A stretch of DNA of 62,237 nucleotides, counting the filler. It is 8 parts of 8 records of this genome, joined end to end, with 100 filler letters (N's around TTAATTAATTAA, not from the genome) between each part and the next. Parts side by side here need not be neighbours in the genome. Positions count along the whole stretch, not along the records: positions 22,620 to 38,801 come from SRR20825010_6049; positions 38,902 to 43,562 come from SRR20825010_6050; 6 more parts are not named here. One strand, given 5' to 3'. Shown here piece by piece: positions 29,858 to 39,675 of the stretch. The notes under the pieces were generated by a model that did no database searches, was not told where the DNA came from, and saw only the letters and a program-made list of their open reading frames with translations. Position 1 is the first letter of the stretch; the number at the start of each line of letters is the position of its first letter. A program made the position numbers and the translations under genes.

Positions 29858-30012
29858 AACAGGAATTTGGAGAGTAGTAGTTATGAAAACCACCTCCAGG
29901 AATTGTCCTGTGCTGTCTTGAATGTTCGCTTCTCATCAGTTCTTCTTCCGAGCCAATTTTATATTTTCAGGTTTTTTATGCTCTCTTATTATCAATATAT
30001 TATTCCTGTTTA

Positions 30013-30465
30013 TTACTTTATCAACCTCTGATCAAACCGAAACTCTACCTGTTCAATGACTTTCACTCTATGATATTCTGGGTGTCTGCAGTTGAGAATG
30101 TAATTTCTTGAACTGTGAATTACACTGCTTGGCACTTTAAGAGCTATTGATCTATTGGAGCTTATCCATTCTTCCGCTATTTCTGCAAGAATCGATGGTG
30201 CAGGGTAGTTTGTCCAGTTATCTGGCAAATCTTTTATCTCAATTCCATAAATTGAATCATCAGGAATCTCTAGGGTCAAGATATCCAAAGCTGGAACTAT
30301 GGCTGGTGGAGTATGTATAACTATTTCGAGCAGCGCTATTGCTTTGCTTTCCCCAGTGTAGAGAACAGGCGAGCCTTTTTTATTCCACCGACCACCAAAC
30401 ATCGCTGCACCTGATCCAGAAATGTCACTAGCATGTTTTTTACCGGCAATTCGATAGACCTTCAT
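30013..30465 (-). CDS. RES-domain toxin (NAD+-targeting family)
   Basis: VYRI (R), SG.GA..FGGRWN..G, ALLE (E), VPSSV (S), FDQRL. Confidence 0.9.
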   Translation of the reverse strand: MKVYRIAGKKHASDISGSGAAMFGGRWNKKGSPVLYTGESKAIALLEIVIHTPPAIVPALDILTLEIPDDSIYGIEIKDLPDNWTNYPAPSILAEIAEEWISSNRSIALKVPSSVIHSSRNYILNCRHPEYHRVKVIEQVEFRFDQRLIK

Positions 30466-30467
30466 GA

Positions 30468-30914
30468 TTAACTGTAAACACCATGCTCGATTCTTCCTAG
30501 AACGTCCCTCACTTTGGATATTCCACCAGGAATTTCAATTAATTCCTGAGGTTCAATATCTCCCAAGGAGGTGTTTGGAAGGTGTAGCCATTTAAAGAAA
30601 TTTTCTTTGCTTTCAAAAACTTCGATTCCATACAAGAACAAATCCGCAGCCTCAAGTAATTGAACTGAGCTATTCCTTTTTAGGTCCTGCTTTGACCTTA
30701 ATAATCGATACAGCGTTGGTTCTGATAAGTTTAATAGGGTAGCGGTGAAATTTTTGGAGAGATTAAAATAATCACTGAAGTGAATAACTGCATCAGAATT
30801 TATGCCTTTGGTCGCAAGTGTAATGAAGTCAAAAGGACTGTCCACTCTCTCCGTTAGATTTTCTCTACCCAAAACCTCATTTAATTTCTGGTATCTATCA
30901 ATTGTCTTTCCCAT
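30468..30914 (-). CDS. Antitoxin Xre/MbcA/ParS (DUF2384)
   Basis: HTH region plus VFESKENFFKWLHLPNTSLG..P.EL...G...V..LGRIEHGVYS; lies 2 bp upstream of the RES gene. Confidence 0.9.
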   Translation of the reverse strand: MGKTIDRYQKLNEVLGRENLTERVDSPFDFITLATKGINSDAVIHFSDYFNLSKNFTATLLNLSEPTLYRLLRSKQDLKRNSSVQLLEAADLFLYGIEVFESKENFFKWLHLPNTSLGDIEPQELIEIPGGISKVRDVLGRIEHGVYS

Positions 30915-30920
30915 GGTGTG

Positions 30921-30948
30921 TCATATGATAATATAATTTATCATATGA
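30921..30948. promoter_or_regulatory. Putative autorepression operator of the Xre-RES operon
   Basis: TCATATGATAA-TATAAT-TTATCATATGA: perfect 11-bp inverted arms 6 bp upstream of the antitoxin ATG. Confidence 0.7.
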
Positions 30949-31182
30949 ACGAATATGCAACATTTATGTTGAAAAATAAAAATCATTGGAGGGTCTTTAT
31001 TTCTTTGGTCTTAGAAAATTAGACGTTGTTGTGGCTTGATATTCAATTGATTATATCTGTTGTTTGAAATAGGGTGTCTGTGCTAACCGAGTTCTTTTTT
31101 AAACTGAATCATTTTCACTCTCTTTTAGTTATCTCAACTGTGCTCCATCCAGGTCACCAATTCGTGAATTTCATAAACTCGG

Positions 31183-31214
31183 TTTGGGATTGGGACAGCA
31201 CAAAAGTATCTTTA
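31183..31214 (+). promoter_or_regulatory. Bacteroidota -33/-7 promoter for aguBA
   Basis: TTTG-N20-TATCTTTA (consensus TTTG-N19-21-TAnnTTTG). Confidence 0.5.
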
Positions 31215-31240
31215 CACCTCATTCATCAAAATGATCTATT

Positions 31241-32116
31241 GTGGCAAATAAAACTGTAAAAGTTGGCTTAGTCCAGTTGGGTTGCTCTTCTGATGTAGCC
31301 GAAAATATGACGAAAACCATCGCTGGTGTTCGTGACGCTGCTGCCAAGGGCGCACAGGTTGTAGTTTTGCAGGAGCTTTTCCGCTCTCTGTACTTCTGCG
31401 ACGTGGAAGATTACGAAAATTTTAAATTGGCCGAGGCTATTCCTGGCCCATCCACCGATACACTTGGCGAGCTCGCCAAAGAACTTGGTGTGGTGATCGT
31501 GGCTTCTCTTTTTGAGAAAAGAGCCGAAGGTCTATACCATAATACCACTGCTGTTTTGGATGCGGATGGCGCCTATTTAGGCAAATACAGAAAAATGCAT
31601 ATCCCAGATGACCCTGGGTATTACGAGAAATTCTACTTCACGCCAGGTGATTTGGGATACAAAGTATTCCCTACCAAATTCGGTAAAATCGGCGTGTTGA
31701 TCTGCTGGGATCAGTGGTATCCGGAAGCTGCACGAATCACGGCATTGAAAGGAGCGGATTTCTTGGTGTATCCTACAGCTATCGGCTGGCACAAGGATCA
31801 GGACGGACTTACTAACGAAGAACAATACGGCGCTTGGCAGACGATTCAGCGTTCCCATGCTGTTGCTAACGGGATTCCGGTAGTTTCTGTAAATAGAATT
31901 GGTATCGAAGGTGATATGAAATTCTGGGGCGGTTCTTTTGTCTCCAATCCTTTCGGTAGAGTGTTATTTAAAGCATCTCATGACGAGGAACAAGTACATG
32001 TGGAAGAACTGGATTTCGCTGGATCTGACCGATACAGAACGCACTGGCCTTTCTTGAGAGACCGAAGAATTGATTCTTATCAGCCGATCACCAAGCGATA
32101 CTTGGACGAAGAATAA
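31241..32116 (+). CDS. aguB: N-carbamoylputrescine amidase (carbon-nitrogen hydrolase)
   Basis: LQELF, YRKMHIPDDPGYYEKFYF, LICWDQWYPE (E-K-C triad), YPTAIG; overlaps aguA by 1 nt. Confidence 0.9.
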   Translation: MANKTVKVGLVQLGCSSDVAENMTKTIAGVRDAAAKGAQVVVLQELFRSLYFCDVEDYENFKLAEAIPGPSTDTLGELAKELGVVIVASLFEKRAEGLYHNTTAVLDADGAYLGKYRKMHIPDDPGYYEKFYFTPGDLGYKVFPTKFGKIGVLICWDQWYPEAARITALKGADFLVYPTAIGWHKDQDGLTNEEQYGAWQTIQRSHAVANGIPVVSVNRIGIEGDMKFWGGSFVSNPFGRVLFKASHDEEQVHVEELDFAGSDRYRTHWPFLRDRRIDSYQPITKRYLDEE

Positions 32117-33195
32117 TGAGTATGACAGACATCTTTGCTTTAGCCAATTCGGGTGAGAAGACACCAGCCGAATTAGGCTATTATTTCCCTGCGGAATTTG
32201 CCCCACATACAGCTACTTGGTTGAGTTGGCCTCATAAAGAGGAATCTTGGCCAGGGAAACTTGACAGCGTTTACGCTCCGTATTCTGAGTTTATCAAATA
32301 TGTGGCACTAGGCGAAATCGTCAATATCAATGTCGCTGATGAGGCGATGAAGGCTTTTGCTTTGGTACATCTAGAAAAAGCAGGAGTGAAATTGGCGAAT
32401 ATCCGTTTTCACTTTTTCCCAACAAATGACGCGTGGTGTAGAGATCATGGGCCTGCTTTCCTGATCAATCCAGATGCGGATGTGAAGAAGGTTTTGGTGA
32501 AATGGGATTACAATGCCTGGGGAAATAAATATCCTCCTCATGATCTGGATAATCAGATTCCGATCAAAATCGCTGCTGAATTGGGTATTCCTTGCTTCAA
32601 ACCTGGGATCGTCATGGAAGGTGGTTCGGTGGAATTTAATGGAAAAGGAACGCTTTTGACTTCAGAAGCTTGTTTGCTTAATGAAAATAGAAATCCACAT
32701 CTCAACCAAGATCAGATCGAACGTTTCCTTCAGGATTTTTACGGAGTGAATCAGATCCTTTGGGTAGGAGATGGTATCATTGGGGATGACACCGACGGAC
32801 ATATCGATGACATCACTCGCTTTGTCAATGAGGATACCGTGGTGACTGTCGTGGAAGAAAATAAATCAGACGAGAACCATGCCTTACTTCAGGAGAATCT
32901 GGAGAGACTGCACAAGATGCGCTTGGCAAATGGAAAGCAATTGAATGTGGTAGAACTTCCTATGCCGGATCCGGTGATTTGGGATGATCAGAGACTTCCT
33001 GCTTCTTATGCCAATTTCTACATTGCTAATCATGCCGTTGTAGTTCCGACTTTCAGGGATAAAAAAGATCAACAAGCGCTGGATATTATTTCGGACTGTT
33101 TTCCAGACAGAAAAGTCGTGGGAGTGGATTCCAAAGATATCATCTGGGGTTTGGGCAGTTTTCACTGCTTGAGTCAGCAGGAACCGGCGGTTTAA
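32116..33195 (+). CDS. aguA: Agmatine deiminase (PAD-like)
   Basis: PAEF, NDAWCRDHGP, EGGS, DTDGHID, ASYANF, GSFHCLSQQEP. Confidence 0.92.
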   Translation: MSMTDIFALANSGEKTPAELGYYFPAEFAPHTATWLSWPHKEESWPGKLDSVYAPYSEFIKYVALGEIVNINVADEAMKAFALVHLEKAGVKLANIRFHFFPTNDAWCRDHGPAFLINPDADVKKVLVKWDYNAWGNKYPPHDLDNQIPIKIAAELGIPCFKPGIVMEGGSVEFNGKGTLLTSEACLLNENRNPHLNQDQIERFLQDFYGVNQILWVGDGIIGDDTDGHIDDITRFVNEDTVVTVVEENKSDENHALLQENLERLHKMRLANGKQLNVVELPMPDPVIWDDQRLPASYANFYIANHAVVVPTFRDKKDQQALDIISDCFPDRKVVGVDSKDIIWGLGSFHCLSQQEPAV

Positions 33196-33203
33196 TATAA
33201 AGC

Positions 33204-33267
33204 CTCTCGCAAAGGCGCGATGGCGCAAAGGTGAATTTATCTTTGCGCCTCTATCTCTTTGCGAGAG
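33204..33267. repeat. CGCAAAG/CTTTGCG nested inverted repeat (Bacteroidota intergenic repeat; may also terminate aguA)
   Basis: CTCTCGCAAAG...GGCGCAAAG-N10-CTTTGCGCC...CTTTGCGAGAG. Confidence 0.7.
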
Positions 33268-33333
33268 CTATTAGTTTTTGAATTTGATCTAGAAGTTCTC
33301 TTTGCATCGTTTCTTAAAAAAACACTTTATTCA

Positions 33334-34179
33334 ATGAGCAAAATATTCCTAGCATCCATTTTTACTTTTTTGATAAGCTCCTGCGCTTTTCAAACCCTAA
33401 ATAGAACCAAAGACATCAACTACATTTCTGCCACTACTCAGGAGGATTTGCCCAATAAGAATCTGGATGTATACGCTCCTAAGAAAGCTGATAACTTACC
33501 TGTGTTGGTTTTTTTCTACGGTGGAAGTTGGAAGTCGGGTAACAAGGAGATCTATCACTTTCTTGGAAATAGATTGGCTAGGCGAGATGTGATCGTTGTG
33601 ATTGCTGATTATCCATTGTCCCCTGATTATGAGATTCCAGCAATGCAAGCTTCTGCTTTGGCAGCTGTGAATTGGACCAAGGACAATATTGAAAGTTATG
33701 GTGGCAATCCTGATCAGATTTTTGTTTCGGGGCATTCTGCTGGAGGACATTTGGCTTCATTGATTGCTGTGAAAGAGGATGAATTGAAATCTTCAGAGAA
33801 TGGAAAGAAGTTGGCGGGTTCTATTCTCATAGACGCTGCAGGATTGGATATGTATGGGTATCTGCAGGAAACGAGTGAGGGAGAAGGCAAAAAGCATTTA
33901 AATGCTTTTACGGATGATCCTGCGGTTTGGAAGGAATTTTCTTCGATGTATTTTTTGAATGATAATTTGTCGCCAATGCTGATTTTGGAAGGCGAGCGCA
34001 CATATCCTAGCATTCAAGATAGTAGAGAACGATTCATGAAGCGTATTGAAGAAAAAGGAATCGAAAATGTGACTGTTAAAATTTATCCTAAGAAAAAACA
34101 TATTCCAATGATCACTCAGTTTCTATGGACTGGAGGAAAGGTCTATAAGGATGTGCTGGGGTTTATTGAGGAGAATTGA
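33334..34179 (+). CDS. Alpha/beta hydrolase (HSL/BD-FAE-like) lipoprotein
   Basis: Lipobox LISSC; YGGSW oxyanion loop; GHSAG nucleophile; C-terminal His (KKHIPM). Confidence 0.86.
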   Translation: MSKIFLASIFTFLISSCAFQTLNRTKDINYISATTQEDLPNKNLDVYAPKKADNLPVLVFFYGGSWKSGNKEIYHFLGNRLARRDVIVVIADYPLSPDYEIPAMQASALAAVNWTKDNIESYGGNPDQIFVSGHSAGGHLASLIAVKEDELKSSENGKKLAGSILIDAAGLDMYGYLQETSEGEGKKHLNAFTDDPAVWKEFSSMYFLNDNLSPMLILEGERTYPSIQDSRERFMKRIEEKGIENVTVKIYPKKKHIPMITQFLWTGGKVYKDVLGFIEEN

Positions 34180-34190
34180 ATTTTTAAATC

Positions 34191-34610
34191 TTACTTCACC
34201 AAACGATCAATCAATTCCTCAGGAGTAATTACAGGAAGGTAAGGTTTTGAGAGTTTGAGAAAATCTCGGTCAGTTGTTACTATAGCATCTAGATTGTGAT
34301 CAAGTGCAATTTGATATAAAATAGCATCTTCAATATCAGCAAACTTCATTGCCAAAGCATTCTGAACATGACTTTTTTTGCCCTCTAAAAAGTCAAAATT
34401 AGGAATCATGTTAGTTAATATTTCAGCTGTTTTTTCATAATCTAAAAGCTTCAGCAAAATGTAAGCACAGGTCTGCACAACTCCTGTTGTAATGAAACCT
34501 TGAATCTTCCCCGTTGATAGGTGATTTATTAATACCGAAAATTTCTCTGGATCAGAAGTCCTTTTAATAGTAATATCAAGAAGTACGTTAACATCAAAAA
34601 AGATCTTCAT
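34191..34610 (-). CDS. PIN-domain (VapC-like) toxin
   Basis: MKIFFDVNVLLD, DIEDAIL, IVTTDRDF, TPEE; overlaps the antitoxin stop. Confidence 0.88.
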   Translation of the reverse strand: MKIFFDVNVLLDITIKRTSDPEKFSVLINHLSTGKIQGFITTGVVQTCAYILLKLLDYEKTAEILTNMIPNFDFLEGKKSHVQNALAMKFADIEDAILYQIALDHNLDAIVTTDRDFLKLSKPYLPVITPEELIDRLVK

Positions 34611-34860
34611 AGCCCATTTTTTTTGCTTTGGCTTTATAATAATCTTCTTTGTAATCGTAATTGTCAGGAATATCAAATTTCGGCAAAGATTTCATGTATT
34701 CCACCAAGCTCATTCCATTTTTCAATTTTGGCCTTGGTTTGATTAGTGCTTCGAAATGCTCTTCTACTAGACTTGAAATACTCGTATCATTCTGATCCGC
34801 ATAAGTTTTGATCTTATCCAGCAGATTTTCTTCTATGGTGATATTGAGCCTCTTTTTCAT
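34594..34860 (-). CDS. Ribbon-helix-helix antitoxin (DUF6364-like)
   Basis: MKKRLNITIEENLLDKIKTYA...SISSLVEEHF; immediately upstream of the PIN gene. Confidence 0.8.
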   Translation of the reverse strand: MKKRLNITIEENLLDKIKTYADQNDTSISSLVEEHFEALIKPRPKLKNGMSLVEYMKSLPKFDIPDNYDYKEDYYKAKAKKMGYEDLF

Positions 34861-34866
34861 GATTCA

Positions 34867-34894
34867 ATGCGTATGATTGTAAATAAATACGCAT
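34867..34894. promoter_or_regulatory. Putative RHH operator of the PIN toxin-antitoxin operon
   Basis: ATGCGTAT-N12-ATACGCAT, 6 bp upstream of the antitoxin ATG. Confidence 0.62.
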
Positions 34895-34986
34895 GAATAT
34901 ATGATATGGTTCTTAACTTATTGATAGGCAATAATCTAAAATTTGAATAATTTTTCAATTTTAGAATATTTTAATCTTCCAATACT

Positions 34987-37506
34987 TTAAGAAGGATCTA
35001 CATCCACCACAAACCTCACGGAGCGAAACTCAGGTCTTGATTTGAGCTCTTCAGTGATTTTCCAGAGGTGTTCTTTGAAAATTACCGGAGTATTTCCTGA
35101 GCGATCTAATTTGATCAAACTCTCAAACTGATACTGATTCTTTATTCTGGCGATGATACCTTTTTCTGGGCCCAGCACGATTTTCTTGATAGGAATTTCA
35201 GCCATGCCGTGATGTAAATTTAGCGCAGCTTTTTCTGCGACTTTAAAGTCTGTGTGACGTGTCGTGATCTTTACCAGTTTTACAAAAGGCGGGTAATAAA
35301 ACTTCTTTCTATCGTGAATTTCATGGTTGAAAAACTCAAAATAATCACCCTTGATCACCTGAGCATAAATCTGTGTTTCTGGGTCCCTGGTTTGCACGAT
35401 GACCTGTCCCTGAACTTCCCTTCGTCCTGCTCGACCTGCGACTTGGGTGATTTGCTGAAAGGCTCTTTCTCCTGCACGGAAATCGGGGAAATTCAAAATA
35501 CGATCTCCATCCCAAATCCCGACTACAGTTACTCTTCCAAAATCCAGCCCCTTGGTAATCATCTGAGTTCCGACCAGAATATCCAGATTTCCAGATCCAA
35601 ATTCATCCAGTAAGCGCTGATAGCCATGCTTGTTTCTGGTCGTGTCCAGATCCATTCTACCAATTCTGGCTTCAGGAAAAAGTAAACTTAAAGACTCCTC
35701 AATCCGCTCAGTTCCCATGCCCATGGTAGTCAAATGAGTACTCCCACAAGCAGGGCAGGCGCTAGGTGTTTTCTCTTTGTACCCGCAATAGTGGCAGCGG
35801 AGTTCTTCGGAGAATTGATGGTAAGTCAAGCTCACGTCGCACTGCACACATTGCCCTGTCCAGCCGCAATCCTCACATTGTATATATGGTGAATACCCTC
35901 GACGGTTTTGAAAAATCAAGACTTGCTCTTGCTTTGCCAGAGCCTCCTGGATTCGCTCGCGCAAAATGCGTGTGGTGTCTAGCTTGAGTAAGTTCTTTCG
36001 CTTATCTGCTGCCAAATCCGCCAAGTGGAATTGAGGCATGCTGGCATTGCCAAATCGATTAGTCAATTCTACGTAACCGAATTTGCCTTGTGTAGCATTA
36101 AAATAGGACTCGAATGAAGGAGTCGCTGATCCCAAAAGCGTTCTTGCCTGATGAAAATAAGCAAGCATAATCGCAGAATCTCTTGCCTGAAATCTTGGTG
36201 CTGGGTCAAACTGCTTGTAGCTAGATTCGTGCTCCTCATCTACTATAATCAACCCTAAACTATCAAAAGGCAAGAAAATAGATGATCTCACGCCAACCAC
36301 AAAGGAGAATCGGCCGCTTAACACGCCATTCCAAACTTCCACGCGCTCATTGTCTGAATACTTGGAATGATACACGCCCATTTTGCTTCCAAACACTTTT
36401 TTCAGGCGCGTCACAATCTGGGTAGTGAGCGCGATTTCAGGTAAAAGAAGCAGAACCTGAGAACCACTTTCCAATACTTCCATGATCATCTGGATGTATA
36501 TTTCCGTCTTACCGCTGCCGGTTACACCATGTAATAGGACGGATTGCTTGCTTTCAAATTGATGCTTGATTTCCTCGAAAGCAGATTGCTGGCTAGTCGA
36601 AAGAACGGCTGGTTCGGATTCTGGCTCTTCTTCAGCAAGCCTGTTTACTACTACTTTGAATGATTCGAAAATCCCGTTTTTGATCAGCGTCTTTAGTGAG
36701 CTTTCAGAATCTCCCTCTTCTAGCAAAGTTGCCTTGTCTACTCCTTTTTCGTTGGACTTTGGTTTTTGAAGAACAGGTACATCTCTCAAGTATTTTAATA
36801 GAATGGATTCCTGCTTTGCTTTGCCTGCTAAAGCCTCGAAAACTTCCTGCAATGCACTTTTACTTTCAGCAATCGGAGGAGTCAAACGAACTCTGGTCTC
36901 TACTTTTGGGGTGTATTTTTCTTGAAGACGCTCAAAAATCAGGATCGCTTCTTTCTTGACAAGGCTCTTGAGAATTGGGTGAATACTTTTGATCGAAAGT
37001 ACTTTTTCGCAGTCTTCATAGGATAACTCAGGCTTGGAGTCCAAAGCGTCTAAGATCATGATCTCACGATCATCCAATGGAAATTTGCTCGTTTCTCGAT
37101 CGAAATTTGGATTGAGCTGAACTTTGCTTTCGCTGCTCAATCTTAATCCGGAAGGCAAAGCTGCATGCATGACTTCCCCAATGTGACAGAAATAGTATTC
37201 TGCCATCCAAACCCAAAATCGAATCTGTAGTGGATTGACGCTGGGTGTATCATCCAAAACTTCCAGAATTGGCTTGGCCTGATACGCCTGCGGAGGTTTA
37301 TTGTGTACTTTTCCTATGATTCCAGTTAGTACTTTTTTCTTCCCAAACTGTACAATCACACGAGCGCCAAGATTTATCTCGGGCTGCATGGTATGTGGAA
37401 TGCTATAAGTAAACATCCTCGGGATCGGAACGGGCAGGATGATATCTGCGAAATTATTTCCGCTTTCGGGTGGGTACAAATCTTGATCTCCAAACAGGCT
37501 TTCCAA
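34987..37506 (-). CDS. priA: Primosomal protein N' helicase
   Basis: GVTGSGKTE, DEEHE, NRRGY, four CxxC Zn pairs, GTQMITKGLDF, QVAGRAGR, DVDP. Confidence 0.96.
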   Translation of the reverse strand: MESLFGDQDLYPPESGNNFADIILPVPIPRMFTYSIPHTMQPEINLGARVIVQFGKKKVLTGIIGKVHNKPPQAYQAKPILEVLDDTPSVNPLQIRFWVWMAEYYFCHIGEVMHAALPSGLRLSSESKVQLNPNFDRETSKFPLDDREIMILDALDSKPELSYEDCEKVLSIKSIHPILKSLVKKEAILIFERLQEKYTPKVETRVRLTPPIAESKSALQEVFEALAGKAKQESILLKYLRDVPVLQKPKSNEKGVDKATLLEEGDSESSLKTLIKNGIFESFKVVVNRLAEEEPESEPAVLSTSQQSAFEEIKHQFESKQSVLLHGVTGSGKTEIYIQMIMEVLESGSQVLLLLPEIALTTQIVTRLKKVFGSKMGVYHSKYSDNERVEVWNGVLSGRFSFVVGVRSSIFLPFDSLGLIIVDEEHESSYKQFDPAPRFQARDSAIMLAYFHQARTLLGSATPSFESYFNATQGKFGYVELTNRFGNASMPQFHLADLAADKRKNLLKLDTTRILRERIQEALAKQEQVLIFQNRRGYSPYIQCEDCGWTGQCVQCDVSLTYHQFSEELRCHYCGYKEKTPSACPACGSTHLTTMGMGTERIEESLSLLFPEARIGRMDLDTTRNKHGYQRLLDEFGSGNLDILVGTQMITKGLDFGRVTVVGIWDGDRILNFPDFRAGERAFQQITQVAGRAGRREVQGQVIVQTRDPETQIYAQVIKGDYFEFFNHEIHDRKKFYYPPFVKLVKITTRHTDFKVAEKAALNLHHGMAEIPIKKIVLGPEKGIIARIKNQYQFESLIKLDRSGNTPVIFKEHLWKITEELKSRPEFRSVRFVVDVDPS

Positions 37507-37509
37507 GGA

Positions 37510-38801
37510 TCAGGCTAAATAGGGGAGTTGTGAAATGGCTTCATCATACGTGCCGACTGGTTTGCGGCAGGCATGATCAAAGCAAACATAAATTAAGGCA
37601 TTTCCTTGCGGATCGGGTGTCTTATCCGAGAGAATTGCGGCATTTTCTGTCAAACTTTCTGAATACGCTAAAATCATATTAGGAGAATAGCTCTGCTGAA
37701 ATTCCTTAGCCTTGTCCGATGCTCCGTTTCCGACAATTGCAATTTCTGCTGTTGGGACTAGCTTTTCCAAAAATAGATTTGCCCAGTTGCACAGAAATCC
37801 GGGTTCTCTAAGGATAAGTTCTTTCATGCCGCCGAGCATTTTTGATGCGATTTCAGAGTATTTCTCCTCATAGGTGAAAAGTGAAAGTCGATGAAGATTC
37901 CTTGCCATAATAGAATTGGAAGCTGGAATCACATTATCAAAAAGCTCTTTTTTATTGGCAATCAGTTTTTCTGCTTTGGGATTATTGAAATAGAAAAAGC
38001 CATCACTTTCATCGTAAAACTCTGCCATACAGAAGTCGGTCAATGACCTCGCAAAATCCAACCAGCGAGCATCTCCATTTGCTTCAAAAGCCATCATAGA
38101 CGCTCTGATCACCGCAGCATAGTCTTCCAAAAATCCCGGAGTGTAAGCACTTCCGTTTTTATACGCTCGGTGAAGCACACCATCTATTACTAATTTTTCT
38201 TGCAGAAATTCCAGATTTCCAATAGCTAAATCCAGCATGCTTTTCTGGCCAGTGGCATAGTAAGACTGAATCAATCCTACGCTCATCAGACCATTCCATC
38301 CACTCAAGATTTTATCATCTTTTCCAGGGTAAATACGTCGGTTTCGCACTTCGAGAAGTTGAGATTTTACTTTTTCCAGCTTTGATTTGAAATCTGATAA
38401 ATCCATTCCAAACTCTTCAGCGATTACTTTTTCATCTTCTGTTTGGAAAAGGATATTTACTCCTTCCTCCCAGTTTCCGCCGGGTTTGAGATTGTACAAT
38501 TTGCTGAGCCAAGGGAGTTCCTCTGGAATTATATGTTGAAGTTCCTCGTATGTCCACACATAGAATTTGCCTTCTACTCCTTCAGAATCTGCATCCTGAG
38601 CTGCATGAAATCCACCTTCTCCGTTAAGCATTTCAACCTCTAGCCAAGCGGCAGTTTCAGTGACTTTTTCCTTGAAAAACTCATCTTTACTCACTTGATA
38701 AGCTTTTGCATACAATTCTAGCAGCTGTCCATTGTCGTAAAGCATCTTTTCGAAGTGTGGCGCAAACCACTCTCCATCCACAGAATAGCGAGCAAATCCA
38801 C
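37510..38801 (-). CDS. YyaL/SPATA20-like thioredoxin + (alpha/alpha)6-barrel protein, 5' partial
   Basis: GFARYSVD.EW..PHFEKMLYDN, DADSEGVEG, DDKIL..WN, LEDYA, DNVIPASNS. Confidence 0.92.
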
Positions 38802-38901
38802 NNNNNNNNNNNNNNNNNNNNNNNNNNNNNNNNNNNNNNNNNNNNTTAATTAATTAANNNNNNNNNNNNNNNNNNNNNNNNNNNNNNNNNNNNNNNNNNN
38901 N
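38802..38901. other. Artificial contig spacer
   Basis: N44-TTAATTAATTAA-N44. Confidence 0.99.
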
Positions 38902-39223
38902 CACGAATAGCGAAAATATCGAGAATCAAGCCGGTTCGGTCGATGACCCTGCGGCCAAGGACGTTTTCGAGGTTTCTTTGTTGGGCGGGGCTTAATGTGT
39001 GATTGAAAATGACCAGCTCAACTTCCTCGGCCTCGCAATGCGCAAGAATTTCCTGCGCTTTGCCTGAACCAATGAAAGTTGCGGAGTCGGGGGCGCGTCG
39101 TTTGGATACGAAAACGCCTATCACCTCTGCGCCTGCAGAGGTGGCCAATAGAGCGAGTTCATCGACACTTTCGTGAAACTCGTGTTGGCCAAGGTCGAGT
39201 GCAACCAGGGTACTACGAGTCAT
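38902..39223 (-). CDS. hflX: GTPase HflX, N-terminal fragment
   Basis: ELALLA.SAG, FIGSGK, LSPAQQRNLE, DRTGLILDIFA; directly downstream of hfq. Confidence 0.93.
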
Positions 39224-39260
39224 TTCAAACCACGGATCGTTTGGAAAGCGAAGATGGGGA

Positions 39261-39494
39261 TTACTCCTTCACCTCAGGGGTGAACGTAACGGAACGGCCA
39301 GGCACCACAGTAGAAATTGCGTGCTTGTAGACCATTTGGGTCACTGTGTTACGCAGCAGAACCACGTATTGATCAAAAGACTCGATTTGGCCCTGAAGCT
39401 TGATACCGTTGACCAGATAAATGGACACGGGTACGTGCTCTTTGCGCAGCAAATTGAGGAAGGGGTCTTGTAGAAGTTGCCCTTTGTTACTCAT
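39261..39494 (-). CDS. hfq: RNA chaperone Hfq
   Basis: [11 protein letters not shown]...[14 protein letters not shown]...[10 protein letters not shown]. Confidence 0.98.
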   Translation of the reverse strand: MSNKGQLLQDPFLNLLRKEHVPVSIYLVNGIKLQGQIESFDQYVVLLRNTVTQMVYKHAISTVVPGRSVTFTPEVKE

Positions 39495-39675
39495 AACAGC
39501 TCCAGACTGTGTTGATATTATTAAATGTCAGAGCTTTTGGCTCGTCACGCTTAGTTTACAGAAAGCGCTTATGGGTGCCAAACAGAAGCCCTTCTTTTGT
39601 TGATATGGACACTCTTTTTTCACAAAAAGTTCAAATCCAACGGGGAAGAATCGATTAGGTTGACAAGCCCATCGC

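Noticed and set aside
31074..31259. 61-aa ORF upstream of aguB
   Set aside because: It overlaps the probable aguB promoter and start and has no recognisable features.
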